From: Hydrolagus colliei
Taxonomy: Eukaryota
Length of the DNA: 64,000 nucleotides
NCBI GenBank assembly: GCA_035084275.1
Contig: CM068748.1
Span: 9,424,001-9,488,000, forward strand
Direction: 5' to 3'
The notes under the pieces were generated by a model. That model did no database searches. It worked only from the letters and a program-made list of their open reading frames with translations, and was not told the DNA's origin. The position numbers were made by a program, and so were the translations under genes. Shown piece by piece: positions 10,416 through 24,484 of this stretch (position 1 is its first letter; each line of letters starts with the position of its first letter).

Positions 10416-13400
10416 AACATTAAAGGGAAAATTTGTGCATTGGTAGAAGTTTTGGGGATACTAACCACACATGTGACTAAGATCAAGATAAGAGTCGGAA
10501 AAAGCATCAAGAAATGAGAACTACATTTTGTGTGGATACTTCTGGCTCACTGATCATGATTGCTTTTTAACTACCTAATAAATATTTCTACTAAAGTTTC
10601 CATGGGTATTTTGAATACTTTGTTATTATTCATTAACAATATATGAAAATTGTGTTTTTAGGACCAAGGGATTAAAGAACATTTTCAGCATAAGGCCAAT
10701 CACTGCTAACACGAGCGTCATTGGTAACTGAAGTTAGTAGTTATGATGAAAAAAAAATGATAGCAGGTATGGGTAACATCTGATTAAAAAGGAATGTTTT
10801 TAGAAAGATATTTTTATGGGGGTAGGAATCATTTTAATGAGGTGATGTTAAGGAAACTATGATTCAGAATATAAGATTCACCTGTATTTGATTAACTAGA
10901 TCTTTGCACAGTTTTAGAAATAAATGTGGATTGTTTTAAAGTTGTTTTGAAGAATTCATATACACTACATGATTAAAATGGGAGGCGTGTTCTGAATTAT
11001 TCAGGAGTGAAATCTTTCTCCAGAATAGAGAGTGTGTCAAAAGCTATCCTGGATTGTGTACCAACCTATAAATGTTTTCTGTGTAGCTCAATGACTGACC
11101 AGCACGAGATGCACTTTAAGCAGGGTGAGCTGGTCAATGTCCTCTTGGCACTATACCGCATGGACACAGCCGAGAACTAGCAAAACTCCTGAGCTTCCAT
11201 TTGCAACCTTCTGACAGAAGGAATCCATTTCAAATGTTGCAACATTTTAAAATGGTTTTCTGTCAGCTGAAAATTGCATGAAAGCAATTATCCTAGTGTC
11301 TGTTACAAAGCGAGTGATAAGATATTTTAAAGCATTATTCATTAACAATATATGAAATATATATTTGCAGCACAGCAAAGTTATCATTGCAGCTATTCTA
11401 AATGAAATAATGTGCTAAGGGTTTAAGGCCCAAGGGATTCCTATAATCTTGGTTTAGACGGGAAATGCAGAAACTTTCTCGCCAAATTTCTGTTAAAATC
11501 ATTAAAACAACCAATAGAAAGAAAAATACTTGAGTCACTGTGGATGTCTTCTACTTTATGGATGGATATTTCCTTCATAACATTGAGCAAAGCAGCATAG
11601 AAATACATCAGGTATAATGTCATATAATCATTATAAGAGATAGCAAAATGGCAAAGAATCATGCATGATACAAAATTATTTCCAACAAGTACACATTCAC
11701 TTCAAGTGCTGTGCTATTAATGACTAGTAGAACAAATGTAATCAGACCTATGGCCTCTAGTGTTGCTCAATTTCTTTAACGAAGGAATAAAATGATTTAT
11801 GCCAAAGATTTAATTTCCAAAGTGTTTTTTTCCAAAATGCTTTTCTTTCTCCTGGATGCATTTCAGAATATCCGGGACACAAGTGAATATTTGGAACATA
11901 ACGTCTAGCAAAATGTTTTATACAGAATGATTAATTTGTATATGTAACTAAGAGTTATGGAGTTGATGAATCCAAGAGTTTCAAATATTTAAACAGATTC
12001 TTGAGATACAGTGAACCTTTTGTCCTTGCTGTTCAAAATTGCCTTGAGCCTATTCTCTATCTGGCCAACATTTTCATGATGTTTTCCTACAGACATTGTT
12101 TTGAACTCGATATCTTTTTATTTGAAACTTCAGGTTATTAATTTAGCGGCAGTCATTTTACAGAAATGTTATAAGAAGTATTTATTTACTTGCTTTTGAA
12201 TTAATAAAAAAATTCTGCAACCCTGTGACTTGTTATAAATGTTTTTTCCCATAAAAGGCAGTGAATGCACTGTAATTTTTCTTTTAATTCCATATCCTTT
12301 GTTTGTTTCCTATCCAGACAATTTTATTAAGCTGTATCTGTAAACTAAGCAATAAATTATATCTGAAAAAAAATATTCAGTAATTCTTCCTTCTTTTGGA
12401 AAACAGTCAGTTCTTGACAGGAATGGATTTGTTCTTTTACTGCACATGTAGCAAAAAAATGATTTGGAATATCACATTGTTTGCTGTGAAACAGCTGACA
12501 TAGATTACATTGTCTGTTTTTTATTAAAGTCATCTTAGCCAAAATGTTTTGCTGTGCTCAAGTCACCTTAATGTAAAAAATATGTTTGATCACTATGAGA
12601 GCAATTTTAATTTAAAATATGTTAGAGCTAGCTTAAATGGAAAACAGACTACATTGTAATTACCTTTGTCTTGCCAATGGCTAAGGAAGATTAAGCAGTC
12701 AATTCTATATTATGTATGTGAGCATAATATCCTTCAAATGCTTTCATCAAATTTGATAAGCATTTTCTGATACAATTAATTTAATCAAATATTTTGCTTC
12801 CTGTTGAATATCAAGGATTTTCATAAGTAGCTTAAAGAAAATATATTATTATGAAATTATACTGTTAAGTTCTAGACAGCAATCAGCGGTGACATCATAA
12901 TTCTACACGGCACAGGAAAGCAGTGGAATCATAATTCGCTGGATGACCATTAGAACCGAGGATAATATGGTACAAAATGCTGCTGTTAGTTTAATACATT
13001 GTGCAACACATCTTCAAGAATTTTTCTTAGAGGTGATTGTCTCTCCAATCAAAGCAGAGCCAAATTCAGCAATGCCATTGGGGATAGGGGAGTTCCCAAA
13101 TCCCCCCCACCCCCAGCAATTGTTGCCCAAAAGAAGATATAAGAGTTAGCTCCATTCAACAGGAATACTGTAACCAATTCTTAAATCACGCACAATCATT
13201 AAAAAAAAGACAGACCAACCATTACCAAAAAAGGTAGCATGAGAGAGATGTAGGGAATGCATAATTCTGAACAAATCATGTTGCGTAGTCATTCTCCAAC
13301 TTGAGTCAGATGACATTGCAGTCTATCTAAAGAAATCTGGAATGCAACAAAGCTCAAACAATCAAATTTCTCATTCCAGAGTCAACTGGGCTGCACTGGA

Positions 13401-16400
13401 CTTGCTAGATGTCTGCTCTGTCACTCACATTTTAAAATTAATATCCTAGCGTATCATGCTTCTTCATTCAACATTTTTTATGCAGTTTTGTGACATTGTA
13501 CTGATGGTCGTTGCTAGGCTTCATCTGTAAATTATTTTATGGCATGCAATACTATACTGTATACTACTGTCACTATTATTTAATTGTTTGCTTGTGTTTT
13601 CTTTATTTTAGTCTGATCAATTTTTAAATAGTGTTTTAGAAGGGTATTGATTTGTAATGGTCTTATTGACATTCAATATAGATTACAGTTGAGGTATTTT
13701 TTAAAAGCTATTTTTACACCATGGGACGTAAAACAGTTGATACATTAAAAATGTGACTTTTGTTTTCATTTAAAATTCCTTACCCAATTGAAAAAGTGCT
13801 CTGAAATTGTATGTGTGTTTTAATATTAAAATATTTGTAAAAAGTAGTCTGAGACTCTACACATATAATTTCTGCATGGAGGATGCTATATAAGTACACA
13901 GATTCTCGAGTCACATATTTCTATTGAAACCCCATTTTCTCAGATGTATTTAAAAGATTAAACTATCTTGTCATGGCCAGGTACTGTCCATGTGTAATTT
14001 TTACCGCAACACATTCCACTTCTTCCACTTCTTAATCAGCAAGTTTGCTATCATAGTTTTATACAGCACTATAATTTCCTGGATTTTACATGTGTTAATA
14101 ATCTTTCCCTGTAATGAAAGTCTGTGTTTGTTACATAATTGTTCATTCATGAAATGTCAAGTTCTATAGAGTGAACAATCAAATGGTTGTAAAGTTTGAC
14201 CTTTGCTTTCGTATCCCCCACATATGGGATAATATACTCTGGCTCAGGCCTCAATCTGTGTTACCAATTAATGTAATATACATTATACAAGCTCCTTTTC
14301 AGATGTACAAAATTACCATTGCATTGAAGTTGCAGTGAATTTGTTGAATTGTTAATTAAGATGACTAGTGTTGCTTGTTTGGATGAAAACTCTCTGTTAC
14401 TGAGCAGCAGTCACATTACATTTGTCATGGTCTTTCAAGTGGAATTCATGCTGTCTTGCATCATTTCTTTAATACCAAGGGTGGAAATCTGATAAATGCA
14501 GCCATATTAGTCATCACTCTTCTCAGAACTTAATCTGGAATGTGTTTTTTTAATGCTTTAATACCACAATGAATTGTAAATTCTGATTTCTGGGAAACCA
14601 CAATACCCTCTATGTAAAGTACCTTTTACACAAATGTTTTTCCCTTTACATCAGATGTATTATATTAGTCAGGCTTGCAAATAGCTGTTAAAAGTCTAGA
14701 TTTTTTCAGAGAATTATCGAAATTAAGACATTATAAAAATACAGTCATACCCATAACTCTATACCAAAACTATTTTTTGAGTAATCATTTAGATTGTGTA
14801 ATATGGTGCATTCTAGGATGATTAAAATTTGCTATTGCAAAGTAGGAATATGCTACGCATTGAACAGAATGTCAGTAAATGTTTGAATTCATTCTCCTTT
14901 AGGATACAAAACTACTGGGTGGATCAATCAGTCTTTGATTTAGAGGTTCAAGCTAGCTTTAAAAGGGCAAGTTTCAAAATGGCATTGATTTTTCCTAACC
15001 TTCATACTCACTGCAGTTGGTATACTTGTCACCCACATTTTCACTTTGTGTTTGTTACAGTTTTATACACAACCGGATGTCTATATTTGAGTTCAATTTA
15101 TTTTAGGTCTCAGAACTACCTGTCCTACAGTCTAGAGAAGTCACTTGAGATACTGTTATAGTTTGGCAATTTTCAAAACCATTTGCTTCGGTGATCTAAC
15201 GATTGTTTCTATAAGAAGACCTTTATCCCTTAACTGAAGATGTCGTCTTTCTAAACTCTCCTTTTATAGATTAGCCAGAGGGCTAACAATTACCCTACCT
15301 GTTGTAATCAATTACCTGTAGTTTGCCTTGTCTTACTGCAAGCTGCTAAATTAATTTCAAATTGGTGGATGTTGGTACGGAGCAGTGAATTATATATTAA
15401 TAATATAAATTCTTCATTTAAAATCAAATCACCATGCAAAACATAGCTAGCAGATTCTAAAAGTGCAACATACATAAATAGGAAAACAATGAGAAAGTCA
15501 ATACAGGGAGTTAAATGACCCTTAATAGTTTAATTATTTTGATTTTCCTTTAATTTGGTCTATTTGCAAAGAAAGTTGTGCTGCATAGCAATGTTAGTGA
15601 TACTCAAATATTGTGGCATTTACTCATTAGGACTCTCAAATGGTCCAAATAACTTCCAAAATAATAAGGCTATCAGAAAGCCTCTGTTATGAACCCCTTA
15701 CATGTCATATCCACCCGGGAAACTCTTAGAAATACATTTCACAGGGATATGAAAATTATGTCTCATATATATCCAATTAAAGACAGAGGATACAAAGTAT
15801 GTTCTGCAAAAGGTGCCAATCTAGAATAAATCAGACAGAATTTTTTCCCCAAGGAAATGCAGATATAAAAGCAGGTCTTGCCACTAGGCACATTGCCTTC
15901 ATATATGTATGTATTTAAATTGAAGTTTGTCAGCTTTAAGGAACTGAAAATATAATGGCTCCCAACCTTAAACTTTAAATAGTAATTATTTTAAAATATT
16001 CTCTCAGTCGAATGAGGAAGTTGAACAAATTATTTCTCTGTGATTCAGTGGTATAAAGTAATTTTATTTAGACTGAGTCAGTTTAAAGAATTTAATTATT
16101 CACCTCTACAAAGGGGATTTTGAAGATCATTGAGAAAGAGTTGCTGGTGATAATGTCGTCATGGAAATATGTAAATGTCTGAACTTTTTTTCTACCTCTA
16201 TCTTTATAGTAACAAACGCTCACTAGTGGTATAAATAGAGGATACTACATAGGAAGTTGTTGAACACAATGTTTATTCCATAAGTGAAGCAGACCACATA
16301 ACAAGGTGTACAGATGGGCTTCATTCGACAAAGGGCAAAAAGCTGTACCACAAATCTGCAAATACAACTAACTGAAGTCTGCTTTTCAGTCAGTAAGATG

Positions 16401-18138
16401 CTTTGAATAGAATTCAGATTGAATGAGAAACGTTCCATACTCCCCTTCAATACATTTCTGAAAGTGTTTTTTTGAGGAAGGCTGTGGATACCATTATAAT
16501 TAATCTCATTCAGAAATGGCCTTACTGATCCTTTCCCCCCCACCCCCCCCTTCCCCACACACTCACTCACATTTGATAGTAGATTCTTGATTGTTGCAGA
16601 GAAAACTTAATTTTGCAAATGGTGGGATAACATGTCGGATTAGTAAGATTTCTCAAATATTATCTTCCCCAGAATCCCCTAATAAAGACAATACAAAAAA
16701 TATATATTTTTAAACAATTTGGTGTCAGAAATTTTATTCCTGGGAAATGAAGCACTTTCCTATTTTTGGTTCCCAGCATCAACTACTCACAGGTCAGATG
16801 TAGCAAATTGCTAAAAAGAAAAATCCTCCATGTATTAGTTGTGTAACTCTACTATAACCTGAGAAGAGGAATCCCTACCTGTATGGTGTGACATTTTCCA
16901 TTTCCCAAATCAGACATATGTAACAAATCTAACTGATATTGCAAAGCAGTACTGAATTAAAGGAATGAAAGAAAGTTTACAGCGCTTAAGCAGATCACTC
17001 ATCCCATTGTGTCTGTGCTGTTGCCAGATCACACAAGAGTTATGTGCCTTTCTTTAGAACACAAGTTTAGATAGATTTCAACTATTTTATTGGTAACTTG
17101 TAGAAACACTCTTTTTAGACCATAAGCACCAACATACCACTGCAATGTCCTATGAATTAATGAAACTGTCACATTGACACAGTACTGGTTTTGTTAGTAC
17201 TAGTGTTAATTAACAGGCCTAATATTTAATGGATCTAAGGTTGGTTAGCAGTTTCAATCCGGGGCAGAAAGCTGTTAATACTGATCTGAATCTTTAACTT
17301 TTTATTTTCATCATTCATCTGTTTACCATATAAAAGATTACTATTGTACCTTTTCAGAAATGTTGTGAGTCATTGCACACTAGGCACTGGATACAATTGT
17401 ACTTTTAAATATAATTTATGTAAATGCTTCTAAAGGCCAATGGTAGTGTAGAGATAGTGAATTATAAGTTAAATTGCCATGCCATCTTCCTTAGTGTAAT
17501 TGCAGTTTAAAGAGAATGATGTGGTACATGTGTAGGTGCATACATGTGTGAAACTCTTAGTTTGGGTTGGATACATTTAAGCATGGTGTTGTTTACACGT
17601 GTCAGAAACTTAGCTCATCCCCCCACCTCCCCAAATAAGATAAAAATACTTTCAGGGAAATCCAATGCAAAAAATCTAAATACACGCCTCCTAATTACAG
17701 GATGTACATGTAAAGGGACTTTCTAAAACTGTATAAACTATTACTTAAAATTATGATTGTTTTTAATTTTAAATATTTATATCCATATGGTGTTAGAATA
17801 TACAATAATCTTTTATATAGGTTGGGGCAAGTATAAGCACATCAAATAGAAAAGGATTACTGTGAATATAGGGAGTGAATATCGGCACTGACAGTCCTCC
17901 TTAATAATGCATAAAGATGCTGTATTTCAGCGCTCTTTGGTCAATTGATTCGTAATGAATTGTGGTATGAACTTAGAATGTGTTTTGTTTTGTGAAATAA
18001 TCATTAACCTGTTGTGTATCTTGCAAAAATAGATGTCAGATTGCTTAGCAGCTGCAACTTTATCTGAAACTTGACTGATAGGGGGAGCCACACTGGTATT
18101 AGATTGGATATTTAAATCAAATCATAAAAGAGAGATAA

Positions 18139-18225
18139 GTAATAATATTCCTTGCATTTCATATAGCACCTTTATCACATCTTTGCGACATCTCAAAACA
18201 CTTAGCAGAATATACTGTAAATATG
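18139..18225 (-). mobile_element. SINE family A tail fragment
   Basis: taataatattccttgcatttcatatagcacc...gacatctcaaaacactt...agaatatactgtaaa. Confidence 0.75.
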
Positions 18226-19599
18226 CTTTGAGTGTTGTTACCAAAAATGGAACTCTTGTATTTTGTTTCTCGTACATTGATTCACAGAGTTTAAAATCTT
18301 ATATCAGTTCCATAATTTTGTGGTGTAATATGTTCTATTTTGGGTGGAGATGGTTCTGTGAATGTAATACTTCATGCTAACTTTCAAGATGACAGTCAAA
18401 TAGCAGCTCGAAAGAATAGTAGTAAATAAATCACAACATTTCTCCTCCAATAGCCCTAGAATTATAGAAAATATACCCATGGGTTTCAAAACCATACAAG
18501 TTGGTGAAGAACAAGATATATTATTGTGTAGCTGTGACCTTTTAGCAAACACTGTGATTTTGAGCAAGATTCATTCTTTGATAAAACTGCACAAAAAATG
18601 TACTTTGTGAGATATATATATCTAGATCTGACATTTGTTTTGTGCAAGCAATATGCTCAGATACATATCGTTTTAGATTTTAGTTAATACATATTTATGT
18701 TCGAAGATTTTAGGCTTTAGGGAATTAAAGAGGTTAGGGATAGTGATTGCCAATAATCAGTGCAAAATACAATGAGGAGCCACAATTAATTTCAATTTAC
18801 ATTATAATTCTTATGTGCTGAAATAGTGTATGTTTTCTGGAATTATATTCCAATAGTATTCCAAACCTGCACAATAAAATATTAGTGTTTCAGATCTTAA
18901 TCAAACTCAATTTATTTATGGATGAAATGAGTGTTGATTTATTCTAAAAAATAGTCTTAATGTAGTTTGCATGCCTAAAAAACATTGTAATTATATCTGT
19001 TATCAATACCTCTGTTGCTCTGTGGATTTTGTACTTGAAACAACTGTAGGTCTCGAAGTAACTAGGTTGAATGAAATGCTTGGAAACTAGGTTGCTGCAA
19101 TGTCCTAGGAATAATGAATTCAAGGATGAAATTACTCATGTTCATTATATGAATAATAAAGATCTCATTTACTTTACCTTCAGAGTTTTTGGGATACAGA
19201 GTAGCCAAAAATCCTCCACATTCAATGCATTGCATGTCATTTTATGATTGATGTTCATCTCCAACAGCTTACAAATAGCACACGTTAATATTTTTAATTT
19301 CATAAAGCATGTATTATGTCATACCACACATGGAGTATAAATACAAATACAATTTCTTGATTTGACCTTCTGTCCTTTTTATCTGCAGAAGTGAGTTAAA
19401 ATATATTTTCTACTTTTCAAGTGTTGATCAGTTTTGGAAAAAAAAATGCAATTACATGAAAGAATTACTGTACTGCAACACATTATATTTTGGTGCACAA
19501 CCGAGGCATCAATATTGATCCCTAGCTATCCTTTCTTCCCCATATCTGATCCCTGATGAAGACTACATTCCTCCATCCCCATCACAGTACCCACCTCTG

Positions 19600-20090
19600 T
19601 CTGTACCTTACACCCAACCCAGTTGAAACCATTATCCATTTGACACCTTCTGACACCTTCTGCCTTGCTAATGCCAAAGCCCTACTTGCTGGTCTCCCCA
19701 TCATTCATAAAATCTGATTAATTTAAAACTCTGCCACCCATATCCCATCGGCCCAGTGCTTGCCCGGTTCTACTGGCTCCCCATTACAGAATGGATCAAT
19801 TCAAAAATATTCACATACAAATCACTTCATTGCCTAGCAACCCTTACCTCTCCGGCCTGCTCTACTTGCACCTTTAGCTCGGCTGGCCTCCTGCATGTTT
19901 CTCATCCTCCTCCGCTCCACTATCAGTACCCATGCCTTTATTATTATTATTATTATTATACGCTTTCAGCCACTAGGCCTTGAAACTTTCTCCCTAAAAC
20001 CCTCCGCCATGTCTTCTCCTTCCCCAGCTTCAGATCACACCTAAACACCTTCATGTTCTGCTGTGCCTACAGAGACCTACCCTCTCTCAC
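19600..20090 (+). mobile_element. L2-clade LINE ORF2 C-terminal remnant with inserted (TAT)n
   Basis: LARFYWLPITEWINSKIFTYKSLHCLA is close to the L2 motif L.LHWLPI..RI.FK....YK.LHGLA; C-rich composition. Confidence 0.75.
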
Positions 20091-20559
20091 AAGTTCCATT
20101 TCTGATTTATTAATCCTGGTACACTAACTCCTGGTAAATGCATTGTAAATAAATAAATGTATCTGGACCTACTGTGGCTACTAGTTCTCACATCCTTAGA
20201 TTAATTGTTAAATTAATTAATAACTATTCATAAATTGGTTGTACTGAGCGGTTGCACTACTATTTTTCTCATTTGTATTTTACATCAAATATGCCTTTGT
20301 TACATACCAACCCGCTCGCCCGTGCACTCTTCACTTCAACATTACTAACAGCATTCATTCCACCATTCATTCAAGTCTGCCTTTTACTTGAGGGGGAAAA
20401 GAAACTCAACCGTAAAGTTTATTACAAATACGTTGGTTGGGAAACAAAATTAAAAAGTGGATGTTGTTGCAGAAGCATGTGCGCGCTCATGACTTACTTT
20501 TGAGGCGTACACCATTCTCTGAAAACAGTTTGGTACTCCCACAAATTCACCAAAAGAGC

Positions 20560-20757
20560 AATAATAATTTGGTCACTCAATCTATGACTGTTTGTCGGAC
20601 ACTGCTGCCGCATTTCGCAATTGGCTGCCGCATTTCGCCCACAAATATACAGTCAATTTATTTTATAGTGTATTCTGTGAAGCACTTTGAAGACATGAAA
20701 AGTGAGCCTTAGAAGACATGAAAAGTGCTTTATCAAATGCAAGGATGATTATTATTA
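20560..20757 (+). mobile_element. SINE family A 3' half with duplicated tail segment
   Basis: aatttggtcactcaatc...ttggctgccgcatttcgcccacaaa...; gaagacatgaaaagtg occurs twice; ends tcaaatgcaaggatgattatt. Confidence 0.85.
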
Positions 20758-22239
20758 AATAACCACATGACTAGGCAGTTTAGTAATTTAATGAGGGAGC
20801 TGTTTTGAAATCTGCTGCAGAATCCATTGCTCTTCAATGGATTATTCATTAATACTTTAAGCAATAATTTTGCATGATGTACTGCTGGTTTCAGAAAGCA
20901 AAGGAGATAACTGTTGGCACATTTTAATTTAAATGCTGCATAATATATGAACTGAATACAATCGAAAATACCCATAGAAAATGACACAACCGCATGAATT
21001 CATTTTCATTTGTTGTCATCTATCCTGAACCCCAAATCATGCTCCAATTCAAATTAGATCATGACATTACCAAAATATGGATTAACAAATGAATTATTCC
21101 AAGAAATATAATCTTGAAGTTTATCAATCAAGAAAATTCTCTGGAGTAATTCCTGGGGTAATTCTTGTAGCAATTTACATTATAATTTGTTTTTTTCTAA
21201 GTAACAAGTTTTACAAACCAATAATCAGATATCATGCATTGTGTTAATTGGAATGTTGGTTATTGCCTTTAATTTAAGATAAGTTTATTTTGGATGTTCA
21301 TTCTCACCATTGCAGTTAAATCACACGTATACACACAAATGGCATTCTGCCAACTGCATTCTCCTAAATTATTCATCACTGTAGTTTGCAATATTATTAA
21401 CATGACTTTATATTCTAGAATAAACATTACCCTTAAGGCTTAGCTACTCATGATGCTGCTTTACATTTTCAGTGTAAATATAACATTTATCTATTTAACT
21501 CAGATAGGAGACAGTGTCTTCAAATAATATACATATCCTTAAGATATGAACTGTAAGTGTGAAGCTTGAGTGCTTTTATGAACATCAGTCGAACCCCAGA
21601 GACTGAATTAATGTCCTAAATTTACTGACAGCTTTTTTGTTATTATTCCCGATATATGGATTTCATTCAATTTTCAGAATAACGTTTTTTTTAATACAAA
21701 AAAAAACTGTTTTCTCTTAAATTGATGGGCGTGGAGAACGAGCCAGGCAAAAGTATTGTGGGTTAAAGGGTAATTAAGATGACAGTGACATGTGGAATGA
21801 TATGATGTGACATACATTTAGTTCCACTCATCACAATGCAGTATTACCAGTTTTGCTCATTTCATTCAAACTGATTATCGGAAATGGAAACATAGTGAAC
21901 TAAATACTGGCTCAGATATGAAGCAGCTGATATATATGTGTTAATATGTGTGTGTGTGTGTGTGTATGGATAGTGATTATGCTTCCCCTTTACAAGTTCA
22001 CGTTTTGTTCTATATTTTCCCCCACCACCACTGGCAAGTTTAAATAATTACTAATTTCTGCAAAGCACGTCACTGATCACGAGAATATTCTGTAACTGTG
22101 AGGAACTTGTACGTGTGATGTGACCTTCTGAAATGTGAAAAATAAATAACAGCAACGCGTGTGTGGTTTTAAAAATATATATATATATATTTTTTTTTAA
22201 TATATATATTTATTTATTTTGTAAAATAAATTGTGTTTA

Positions 22240-23642
22240 AATTCCACCCCGGATAAGCCGCCTCGCTGCCATCACATCGGCGTCTCCCGATCTGATAGAG
22301 ATGAAATACTGTAATGTTCGCTACCATCCAAAAATAGGTTCTCTCTGTCTCATCAAAACTGTGCTCTTATTATTGAAGAATGCAGTAACGCGCCGCAGCT
22401 CGCTCTGCACGCCAGAGCGGGGGGGGATTTTTTGTTATATATACAAATGTATACATTAATCGCAGAGGATTTCTCGTAACAAGCTTCGGGTTTTACACCT
22501 CCCTCTCTACCTTTTAAAAAAAAAAAAAAAAATTCTGTACAAGTACAGTACATACAAACCCTTCCCTCTCCGCCCCCAATATTGCCTGATAAGCAGTACA
22601 GTGTGAACAGTAAAATGGCAACTATTCTACTTTCGATCTAAGTCAGCCCGTGTGCTGGCAAACGCAGGAGCATAATTGAAACCTTTTGTTCAACCGCTTT
22701 TTTTGTGTGTATGAGATGGTGGGGGGGGGGGGGGGGGGGAGAGAGAGAGAAAGCATTGGTTCCAAAAGCCCGCTGTGTGTGTGTGTGTGTGTGTATTTTT
22801 TTACAATCAAACGTGTAGTTGGGAGGTGGGATGTTGGGAGGTGGGATGTTGGGAGGTGGGATGTTGGGAGTGTGGGATGAGGTTGAAGAGAGAAAAAAAA
22901 AGTCAGATTTTTATTCTTATTCCAAAAGATGGGACTGAAATGACTCACTTCTTTCTTTCTTTCTTTCTTTCTGTTACTTGTTGAAAATTAAAATGTGCCA
23001 GATGAAGTTGGGAGCCCATTACCGCCCCCTGACTGTGTGTAAGGTGGCTACAGTACATTTCTCATCTTTGTGTTTCTAACTGTGGTTCATCATCGTACGT
23101 GAGTGAAGCAGATTGTTTGAAACTCCAGAGTAAATGCAAAAAAATTCCCCCACTCACACGCCCCCCCCCCCCCTCCCCTCCCTCCTTCCTTCCTCTCCCC
23201 ACCGTTGATTTGAAGGTCATTTTTGAAGGATTGCGTTATGTTCAAACTAAATAGCAAACGCTACATATATATATATATATATAAATATATAAATTTGGGA
23301 GGGAGGGGGCTCACGGTGTGAAAGTAACAAACACTAACTCAAGAAAGACTTTTTTTTTAAATGTTCAGAATGAATTCTTGTTTTGAATACATAATACCCT
23401 ACCTGCATTGCTGGCTGCTGTATTAATAACACTCAGCTTGCAGAGCACAGAAATAGATCTATAGCGTAAACGAGCTATTTACGTGCGGGGCTTTGAACAG
23501 TTTAATGCAGCCTTGGGTGTATAACACCATCAAGGCATAATTACATAGTTCTGTCTACTTAACAAGGGTCTGAACTCCTGCTCTTGTGTTCCTGTTTTCT
23601 GTTTCGCGAGATCGCACCAAAAAAAAACACACACACATACAT

Positions 23643-23673
<31 letters not shown>

Positions 23674-24420
23674 GACCTTTGAAAGTAATTAATTATTAAC
23701 AATAATGGATCCAGTTTAACGTTACGCAACGCTCGAGTGCGCCAACTCATGCAGCAGCCTCTAGTCAGTGAATAATATTTAGAAATATTGTTTTATATCA
23801 TTATATAAGAATAATATATTTTTAATTTTTTTCCAAAAAATATAAGCGAGGCTGCGAATTTCAAGAACGAGCTAGCCAGCAATCTGTGAGATAAAGAGAA
23901 AAAGCTGAGTGAGATTCGGGACGAAATTTGTTTTTTTAGAGAAAAATAAGGACAGCAGCATTCTGTATCCATTTGTTATTATTACACTTGCATCAGAAAT
24001 ATCCGGGGGAAGGCGCAGTGAGTGTGCTGGGTGCCCACACTGAAGGGGATAAGGTTTCCGAGGAGAAAAGGAAGGACATCAACAGAATTATAAATTACAA
24101 GCTTTTTTTTTCTGTTAAGATCTGTCGGTCAGATCTCGTGATGCTTTGCTGCTTTCACTGCTGCTGTTTCCAGTTTTAAGAGAGATTTGTTTTGTGCTGA
24201 GTGGGTTAGGAAGTGTGCGCGCTCCCGCCTCTCCCCCCCCCCCCCCCCACCGCCGCGCGAGTAATAAACCGTGCGCGCGTCTGATCCAATCTGAGACTGA
24301 ATTGGGTGAGTGAGTTTGCGCGTCCCCCGTTGACTTGAGCGCATTCGCGTGACTCAGGCTGTCATTCAGGGCAAAGCGCGCTCCCGAGACCGTCAGGAAG
24401 GGAAATCAGGGTCCAATGAG
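22240..24420. promoter_or_regulatory. CpG-enriched distal regulatory region upstream of ARID5B
   Basis: CpG density rises sharply over the flanks. The block at 24210-24420 carries GCGCGCTCCCG motifs, CCAAT boxes and TGACTCA, amid G/C runs and (GT)n. Confidence 0.55.
22818..22879 (+). repeat. 15-bp G-rich minisatellite (GTTGGGAGGTGGGAT) x~4, potential G-quadruplex
   Basis: Three perfect units plus one variant; eight GGG tracts with 3-5 nt loops. Confidence 0.9.
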
Positions 24421-24484
24421 AAGCGCTTGATAAAGCAATATATCAAATGCAAGGATCCTTATTACCATTCATAATAAGCGAGTG

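Noticed and set aside
16770-16925. Sequence reminiscent of an ancient vertebrate interspersed repeat (gtgtgacattttccatttccca)
   Set aside because: Single copy in the window and I cannot assign a family reliably without a Dfam search.
22818-22879. Regular short repeats as a CRISPR-like array
   Set aside because: Head-to-tail minisatellite without unique spacers, in a eukaryotic context with no cas genes.
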